A stretch of 64,000 bases of DNA from Perkinsus chesapeaki ATCC PRA-425. Lineage: Eukaryota > Protista > Perkinsozoa. Location: contig JAAPAO010000051.1 in assembly GCA_013115145.1 (NCBI GenBank), positions 1 to 64,000 on the forward strand, in the 5' to 3' direction. Under the pieces are notes generated by a model, which saw only the letters and a list, made by a program, of their open reading frames with translations, had not been told where the DNA came from and did no database searches. Below, piece after piece: positions 56,289 to 64,000 of the stretch (position 1 is its first letter; each line of letters starts with the position of its first letter). The position numbers and the translations under genes are program-made.

Positions 56289-58904
56289 ATGCTTCGCCAT
56301 GTAGTATGGCGAACATGCCGTGCCGGGCAGTTAAACCGACATCGGTTATCGGCTGGCGCGGCTGGGGGAGTTTTGAATGCATCGGCTGGAGTGGGCGAAG
56401 GAACTGGGCGTACATCGACCGTCAACCACTACGATGATGATGTCATGAAGAAGCTGTGGAGAGATACCGAGTTGTACCCAAGATCTGAAGACTCATGGTC
56501 GAGGCTTCTCGAAGCCATGATATTTAGGAATGAGGTAGTACATCGGGCCATTATTGCGGATAGCGACTAGATAACAATAAACTACCTTAATGCTCCTCAG
56601 AGAATGCAAAAATTACCAAAGGATATCATCCCGACCCTGACGCAGCCACTAGCCATGGAACGATTACTTGTTGCACTTGCGAGGGTCTTAGTTCCACATG
56701 AGGGAGGTGAATTACTCAGAAGGATGGCCTATATTATATCGCAACAGCAGTGGTCTGGCGATTTCGAAGTTGGTATGGTATGCAGAGGTCTTTCTAGGCT
56801 CTTTCAGAACCAGATAGGTTATCAGAGCGATGCAAGCGTATTGGACAAGATGCATCGTGAGATCTGTTCGGCGCTATTCACGGATGAAGTGAAGCTAATT
56901 ATACGGAAGCCCAATGTCGCATTAGAAGCTGCTAACTTTTTGTTGGTGAGGATTTCTGGATTAACAGATAGTGACGTAGAGAGGCTTGCTGTTCCGCTGT
57001 TGACAATTATCCACAAAGCCTGTAAAGATGGTGGATTCAGTGCGAAGATGCAGACTTCCCTTTTACCGGTTGTGTCTATACGCGCTAGCATACGATGTGG
57101 ATCTCTACCTATGGTAACCGAAATAGCAACTATGGCACTCGAAGCAATCGATGACTTTGGGAAGAAGAGGAGGATAATAGGCAGCACTTCAAAAGCTGCT
57201 GAAAGGGTTGCAGCGGTTGACGCTATTCTGGAGGTTATCCATTTAAATCCTTGTGAAGTGAACTGTAACATAGCGTGCAAGCTCCAGGAGACCATATTAA
57301 CGGAGATGAGCCTATCCGCCTGGACTAAAGCTGTTTATAACACGCTGGACAATGGAGCCCTTGATAGGGGTCAAGTGTTGTTGAAATATGTCACACTCTC
57401 AACCATACATCCCCGGTTTCCTACTCATTTACCGCAGGATCCAACCGAGGCGGAGTCTTGCTTGTTGCAGCTTCTCGAATGTGGAAGAAAGGCCCGGTTC
57501 TCACCTCTGCCGTTTTTACGATGGGCCTTGAAGAACTCTGGTTCGAGCAGGTCTGCGAAAGAGGATATTCTGCGGATGTTGCCTGATTGGGCTAGCGAAA
57601 AAGCATCTCTGATGAATGAGCTCCATCCTGGTGCAAACACGTTTAAAGGGAATGCCAACGTTAATGACGATTATGTTACAATTAAAGGATGCCCTACAGG
57701 CCTTGAAGGGATATATAAGAGAATGGGTACGCACAATGGAAAGAATTACTATATCAGAACTGAGCCGCGTAAAGAGGGGCCAATGTCTTTGTATTTCACA
57801 GGGAAGGTATGGCAGCTGGGCTCCAGTATGCATATTCCTGGCATACGATCTGCTTATCATTGCATGTCTAACGGTGACGGCCCACCGGTAGGGGCTGAAG
57901 GCTGGGTGGCGTACAATGTGTCTTCCGGAGGATGGCAGCCCATACAAGGTTTTGTGGTTCTTCCTGGCGTGGATCGGTTCGCGCCCTCAGCCCCGGTGCG
58001 GGTTAAACAAACCCGCAGGAAATTCATGAGTGATATTGAAGAACATCATGAGAACGACAGTGTGATCAGTGATCCAGTTGAATCTCTAATGCACGGGACA
58101 GCTACAGAGTATAGAGTTGAACAGGAGAGCAATCCCCGTGGAGGATTACTTGTTGAGGCTACGGGTAAGGCAGATGAAAGCACAGAAAGTGTCACAGAGG
58201 ATGATTTTAATGTGGTGTACGGTTCACAGCGCAAGCTGATCGACAGTTCTATAACACGTCAAGTGGAAGAAGAGGCTCTTAAACAGAGCATAGAGGCTAC
58301 TAAGGTGTTGAAACATATGGCACAAAGGTGTATAGGAGTAGAGGAGAAGGGCAATACTGACAATAGTGGGACATCTGTTGATGATATTGTATCACTCCGG
58401 GAGTCAATACAGCAGCTTGTATCTAGGGTGGACTCACTGGAGAAACAACTGAGTGAAAGCTCTCGGTCACGGGAGGAGGTGAGTATGTCATTTTTGCCAA
58501 GACAATTCAATATTTTATCTCCCCAGGTATTCTCACGTGTAGGCACAGCATCCCCGACAACAGACGGCACGCGGCGAACTTCACCAGATGCAACGAATTC
58601 AAGGAGGCTTGATGGTGATGTTTCTGTAGACCACGAAGTCGAAGAAGAACCGGAAGCGATTGCTGCTCTAGACTTTGATAGCTTCCGAAATCGACATACA
58701 ATAAAAGCAGCTGAGATGCGAATCCTAGAGGCGAAAAAGGCGGGCTTATTACCTCGAGGAAAACAACGAGCGTTGCTACCGAAGGCTGCAGCTGCCAGAA
58801 CATTAAGCTATGCGTGGAGTGTTAATGGAGAGTCCTCACTGTATACTCTTTGGAATGAGGATAAATGGAGCCATGGCTACGGGACGAGACGTTTCTTGAG
58901 TTGA
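56289..58904 (+). CDS. Hypothetical protein with mitochondrial-transit-like N-terminus (2 exons)
   Basis: Exon 1 MLRHVVWRTCRAGQLNRHRLS is Arg-rich with no acidic residues; one GT-AG intron joins it to the 766-aa ORF; helical N-half, beta-rich insert, coiled coil. Confidence 0.7.
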
Positions 58905-59064
58905 ATATGATACCATTATTTTATGCATTGACCGTCAGAAGGGTGGTCACCGACACAATGATGATGATAATGATATGAGTGACATGTTTTCGTTTCCAGA
59001 TTCACCAATATTCTTTGAATTGCCTTTCTTGCATGTCTTGCCAAGCCCCCAGTATATCATTTAA

Positions 59065-59360
59065 ATGTCCAGTGTTACGCAGCCTCATCATCCGAAGCCA
59101 GGAGACCAGCGAGAGACGACTCTTCGTACCCTTCAACGCATATCAGATTTACTTGACACTGGACTGACCCCACGACAACTGAGATTATGTGTTGCATTGC
59201 TCGAGACAAGGGTAAGTCCGAACATGGTACGATGGAGTGTTGCTTGTAATCCTCTCAGATTGTTAATCCAGAGGCCTTGGCTTACGTCATCACAGAGATC
59301 CGGAGGGAGTGTGGATCAGTTGCCGAGACTCAGGGGAGGCTAGCGCATGCTGATGGCTAA
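59065..59360 (+). CDS. MZT1: MOZART1 (mitotic-spindle organizing protein 1), 2 exons
   Basis: ETTLRTLQRISDLLDTGLTPRQLRLCVALLETR-VNPEALAYVITEIRRE matches the MZT1 consensus. Confidence 0.92.
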
Positions 59361-59606
59361 CGCTTTAATTGATATTTTCCTGCTCTAATATTGGCATTTG
59401 CGTGTGTTTTTCTTGGTTACAGAACCTGGATAGCAGCCAATATATATTTGCGTCCCTCAAGATGGACCTGTAACGCAACAAGAGATCACCAAGATACTCC
59501 CCATCATGACACACGTGTGATATGAACATTGATTAGATCATGAGAGGTCATCACTGAATCGACGAACGAGACTGCTGTGGGGTGCCCATTTCTGTGGGAG
59601 ACATTG

Positions 59607-61937
59607 TTAATATTTGACATAGTGGAGGTTTCCCACCTTGAACTTCTTATGGTCGGGCAAGTCAATATTGTGTACATAAATACTTTGGTCCGTTCCGGCA
59701 GAGAGGATACTGCACTGAGACGGATCATGTCCTCCTTTCCAGGACATAGACCGCACCGCACCGCGATGCCCTCCAAGGCCAAGGCTGAAATCACTCCCCG
59801 AGAAGGTACCGGGAAGGACCCTACTGAGCTTGAACGCAGCCGAGGGCTCGTCTCTCAGCCTCACAATCCTTCATGTAGTCTAGTTCATCTTGGCACGCCT
59901 TCAGTCTGGCTGATATTCCTACGTTCTCCCTCTGACACAAGAACGGCGCTTAGAGTCTGTACGTTGAAAACTGTCCAACTTCTGCTTTCTTCCGCAACAT
60001 CTCCATGGAACTATGCAGGTCTTCCTTTATCTCGTCAAAATCTCTTTCAATACGTTTATGCTTCATCTCCAAATGATGCTATTCAAGACGCCCGGTATTC
60101 TACAATCAGATAAATCTACCGTTTACAATCTGGTCTTGAATGATCTCCATCTCATCAGTAATCCATAAGCGAATGCAACCATCCTCACAACCCGATAAAA
60201 AGTATCTAAGACATGTATTACACAACCTTACCGCTCCCCCTACTTCCCATCGCGCTTATCCGATGGAACGATTCTCCTGACCGCTGATGTGTGACCAAGG
60301 TAGCATTGCACAGGACCCTTCTGCGAAGCGTGTCAACTTCAACGTCACAATTAGTTAGACAGCCTACTGTGAGTTTCCGCATATCCCAACGTTTGCAACA
60401 ATAATCACCACCGCACGTAAGAAGTTCATGTTCTCCACGGAAGACAACGTCGTACACAATGTCAGTTGCCGCAGCCTCTTCAATGGTGAATGCTGATTTG
60501 GTTGTAGGTGCAGCCTGAAGGATATCCACAGGCAACTGAGCTAGTGGTACCATAAGCGAGATACCGAAATATCCGTGATAACAACGTCACCGTCATTGCC
60601 ACAGGAAGCGACCAAGCTTGAGTAATCACTGAAGTCTACAGATTGTATGATGCGAGCGCTGCGGCGGAGCTGACAAAACACTCCAGTTGGTAAAAACACT
60701 TCTGCGTACTTCAGTGAGGAGCTTGTAGGTCCTCACGTCGTGGAGTAGTACAGATCCATGCTTGTTACCCGAAGCTATGTACCTATGCGAGCGATGTGGA
60801 ACAGAATGGTAGCACTCGCCATGGCACATTCTATCCGACGAGATCTCGCAGGTGAATACAGAAGAGTCATGCCCACTGACTTCGGCCTTCGTTTGGCTAC
60901 CGCTCTCGAAATCGACCACAACCATGTAACTGTTAATGAATGGAAGGCCCGTTAAAAATGAATAGTAGAGATCACATTTTCCCATCAGAATCGATAGCAT
61001 TACCAAATCCAACAATACCCCATTTGCCTATATGATAAAGATAACACGGCGCCGCCGAATGAGTACTACTACCATCCGAGGACGCGACCATGGAATAGAC
61101 AGGTGATGGATACTCGTAAGATGCAATGCGTTTATCAGCGTTGTCCAGGTCCCAAACCTGAAATTTAAGAAGACAAGAGGCCAGCTGGAGGAGAACTAAC
61201 TTTGACTGTATGGTCAAGAGAACCACTGGCAAACCTAGTGCCATTCAACCATCTCACAGACTCCACGTTCTCCATGTGCGCAGATAATCTGTGATCACCT
61301 GATACACAGGGTCAATTGACTACTGTACACAGCGGTCCCATGGTACATAGAACAGTCTCTGGAACATGGAATCGATGGCCGAAACTCGAATCTTGTTCAA
61401 CCATTGTCTTGTAATCAAGGAATGCCTGATTTTGTTTGCCCAACAACTCGCCTGAATCACCACTGTCACCCTCGCAAGTAAAGAGGACTTCTTACGGAAT
61501 TCACGAGGGTTCGTGACCTTGGAGAAGAACTCAAGGAATTCATGGAATTCGATTGTGCCTAATTACAGTTATAAGATATCACTGACATACTGCTGTACCA
61601 TTGCCGTCGGTATCAATGCTCTTTAAAACCTTCTTGGCCGAAGAGTAAGTATCTACCGAGCGGCACTGGACAACTTGAGGCCATATTAAATACATTTGAT
61701 TCCCAGCATTCGCAGGGCCTCTCCAAGCTCATTGATATCAATCCCTCCAGATTGGTCTGTGTCCATCTGTTTGAAGATGTACAACAACTGAGTGAACACT
61801 AATCGGATATAATAAGTATAGGACTGCTGGACCTTTTCCTCATCCAATTCCATCCTGGAATGGTCGTCACTTTGTTGTCCTGGGAAAAGGCCGCCACCTG
61901 GGATACCTTGGCCTGGACCTTCGTAGACAGCAGCCAT
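59607..61937 (-). CDS. EF-hand pair + WD40-repeat protein, multi-exon
   Basis: EF loops DTDQSGGIDINE and DTDGNGTIEFHE splice in frame into WD repeats (AHMENVESVRW...SGSLDHTVKVWD; GHDSSV...LHD; GGDYCCKRWD; GHTSAV; GHRGAVRSMSW). Confidence 0.8.
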
Positions 61938-62244
61938 TGAGAACTATTAGAAGCTGAATCTTAACCACACGACACTAATCGTTACAATACGCTAATGTCA
62001 TTGCTTCTAAACAAGCAGTCTCTGCGTATGTTTATTGGAACATTAGTACCACACAAACTACACTGGGACGAGTGAGAAAGCAAGGGAGTAGCACGAGATA
62101 TTCGAGGGCGCTGTAGATGGATAATGCGCTGTTGTGCAATTTGCATGTGAGCATTTCGGAATCACGTGCCGCTTGTGACGCGGAGGCCGTTGCGTGAGCG
62201 GGTTTAGGTTTACCCCTAACCAGGCTGTACTCGTTGTGTGTTTA

Positions 62245-63390
62245 ATGTCAAAACCTCCACAGCCATCAAATCAAGATGAGGAAGATTCAGTGTGTGACCC
62301 TACATCTAAAGGTACCGCCAAGGACAGTGAATCTGGATGCGAGAACAGCTCAACCGCTGGTCGCGGGCTCAAGCCTAGGCTGTATAAGACTCGTATGTGC
62401 TCCTTTTTTCAAAGACAGATGTGTGATCGAGGGGATCAATGCAAGTTTGCACATTATCAGTCAGAGTTGAAGCCCAAGCCCAATTTCCACTGTACTAAGC
62501 TGTGTCCTAACTTGCCCAACTGTACCAAAGAAGGGTGCACATACGCTCATGATGAGTCCCAGTTGAGGCCTGTGAGCGTCACCCGATCTGAAGGTGGTAA
62601 AACTATCATTCGCCTAACTGCAGGAGTAAATACAGAGCCTACTGGTACTACCGGTGGGGGTGGGTCTACGGGGGGCGATGATAATCTGAGACGCGTGCGT
62701 GCGGAGTTCTCTGATACTTCAAGTTTAAATGGATGTAGCAGTCGAGATAATGATGGTGTGTCATGTAACGTGGTTAGATCTGTAATTGATTCCCATCGGA
62801 GCTGTGACTCTGTGGTTTCCGATGCTACTACAGTTGATGGATGGTGTTACGAGTCTCGCCGTGGTTGTAGCAATCCTGTGTATAGTTCTGAAGGGTTTAC
62901 TGACAGCCTGTTGAAGCCATCGGCAGTGGATAATCGTCACCTACTTGAATCCTATCAGGAGCGAGTTCCCGATATGACAGGTTTTGAAATTATAACACCC
63001 ACAATCCAACCTGTTGGCCATCTTTCTATGCCAATATTTAACAGCAGAGGCTGCCATGATCAATTCAAAGGTTGTAGGCGACGTGAAGATCTTTCTACCA
63101 CTGTCGCCATGAGAAGTTTTCATTCAACCGATGGTCGTGGATATGACAGCAATCGGCCAGCGTTTGGCATGTGCACTGTTGCTCCAGAAGGCCCCCCTAT
63201 TGCTAGTGGTACTTCATCCTCTTCATCATCTCCGATCCCATCTGGTAGCTATTCGCAAGTACCTATCGCAGAAGCTTATATTGGTAGTAATTCAACAAAC
63301 TACCCTTTAAACGTATACAGGATGTATGATCACGCTTATTGGACGTCTCTGTCATGCGCTATGTTCGTATTAAATGACGAGACTGAGTAG
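62245..63390 (+). CDS. Tandem CCCH zinc-finger RNA-binding protein, intronless
   Basis: LYKTRMCSFFQRQMCDRGDQCKFAH and FHCTKLCPNLPNCTKEGCTYAH (TTP-like KT lead-in), followed by a Ser-rich disordered tail. First ATG is 62245. Confidence 0.9.
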   Translation: MSKPPQPSNQDEEDSVCDPTSKGTAKDSESGCENSSTAGRGLKPRLYKTRMCSFFQRQMCDRGDQCKFAHYQSELKPKPNFHCTKLCPNLPNCTKEGCTYAHDESQLRPVSVTRSEGGKTIIRLTAGVNTEPTGTTGGGGSTGGDDNLRRVRAEFSDTSSLNGCSSRDNDGVSCNVVRSVIDSHRSCDSVVSDATTVDGWCYESRRGCSNPVYSSEGFTDSLLKPSAVDNRHLLESYQERVPDMTGFEIITPTIQPVGHLSMPIFNSRGCHDQFKGCRRREDLSTTVAMRSFHSTDGRGYDSNRPAFGMCTVAPEGPPIASGTSSSSSSPIPSGSYSQVPIAEAYIGSNSTNYPLNVYRMYDHAYWTSLSCAMFVLNDETE

Positions 63391-64000
63391 ATGCTCCAGC
63401 ACAGCATGCCGAGAGGCGTCCATATCTCTATAGAATGCCTTACTTTTATCGACGCCTGATCTGGACTCCTTCACAATGGCAGAATTGACCGATAAGTTGG
63501 CCTATAGTGTCACGTACAGTATTTTATTTATTTGTTACGACGAGGAGTAATGTCAAACATTCAATGTCTAATATTCTCATCAATGACCTAGAGTTGATTA
63601 CTGTTGTAGTTATGCTTGGCACATATAAATCGTGTCCCTTTCCGCGCAGAGAGTTACATAGCATGTCTCTCACAATAATAGATTTTTACCGATTCATTTA
63701 ATAGTGTTATGACGATATCAAAATGCATGGTAATATTTGTTACATTATTGTCAGTAGTACTGGAGTATGTGGTGACGTCAGAGGCATCCATTTAATGCAG
63801 CTACGTCACTCACTAGGGTAATTCCCAGACAGCTAATGGCTGTTTCTCTTTGATGAACTAAATGCACATAATCGTGAGCCTGAGGAATCGTTTTCTAAAC
63901 ACGTAGCATGCCTCTAAGAAATACTCCTGTTGAGTTTAGTTCGGTCCTCTATATAGACCCTTTCTTCATGTCAGTATCCCATTTTGCTAAATCCATTGTT

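Noticed and set aside
58868-58882. Minus-strand CCGTAGCCAT-GGCTC resembling the spliced leader
   Set aside because: It is antisense within a coding exon, needs a gap, and a 10-mer match is plausible by chance in this window.
59577-60113. 178-aa plus-strand ORF (also 49363-49905 +, 41586-42092 +, 12556-12993 -, 18082-18576 +)
   Set aside because: These are antisense shadows of better-supported genes and carry no motifs.
60600-61200. WD40 segment resembling ERCC8/CSA
   Set aside because: The similarity is generic and the N-terminal EF-hands do not fit ERCC8, so no symbol was assigned.
62200-62221. Telomere-like GGGTTTAGG ... CCCTAACC upstream of the CCCH gene
   Set aside because: Only about one unit each way and no tandem array.
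63391-64000. AT-richer terminal stretch with a 64-aa ORF
   Set aside because: No motif, splice pattern or repeat; probably UTR or intergenic.
1-64000. rRNA, tRNA, SL RNA genes, CRISPR arrays, transposases or reverse transcriptases
   Set aside because: None seen by eye; a tRNAscan/Infernal/RepeatMasker run would be needed to exclude small or degenerate elements.

Overview
Gene-dense eukaryotic DNA with many short GT-AG introns (mostly about 35-55 nt, a few 28-30 nt), short intergenic gaps and genes in same-strand blocks. The style fits a perkinsid alveolate (Perkinsus-like); that is inference, not a search result. I rebuilt about 30 protein-coding genes by hand-splicing exons, so internal exon boundaries and several gene ends are approximate. 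Recognisable genes: polycystin-2-like channel, alkaline ceramidase, DGAT2, exportin-2/CSE1, a DUF3712-like membrane protein, G-patch/C2H2 protein, HEI10-like RING ligase, SPRY+P-loop (hnRNP U-like) protein, GT34 glycosyltransferase, AAAP amino-acid transporter, WW protein, crooked-neck, ADA2-like, ankyrin protein, F-BAR+PH protein, DUF3431-like protein, MOZART1, EF-hand+WD40 protein and a tandem CCCH protein. The most unusual region is 17.4-29.6 kb. It holds a spliced gene ending in a SpoVS-like domain, then a single-module NRPS-like gene with the order adenylation - membrane segments - carrier - condensation, then three tandem intronless small genes sharing a conserved ~50-aa C-terminal domain ending GFKPWEMW, then a glycosyltransferase and an amino-acid transporter. 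I found no rRNA, tRNA, CRISPR array or transposon that I can support.
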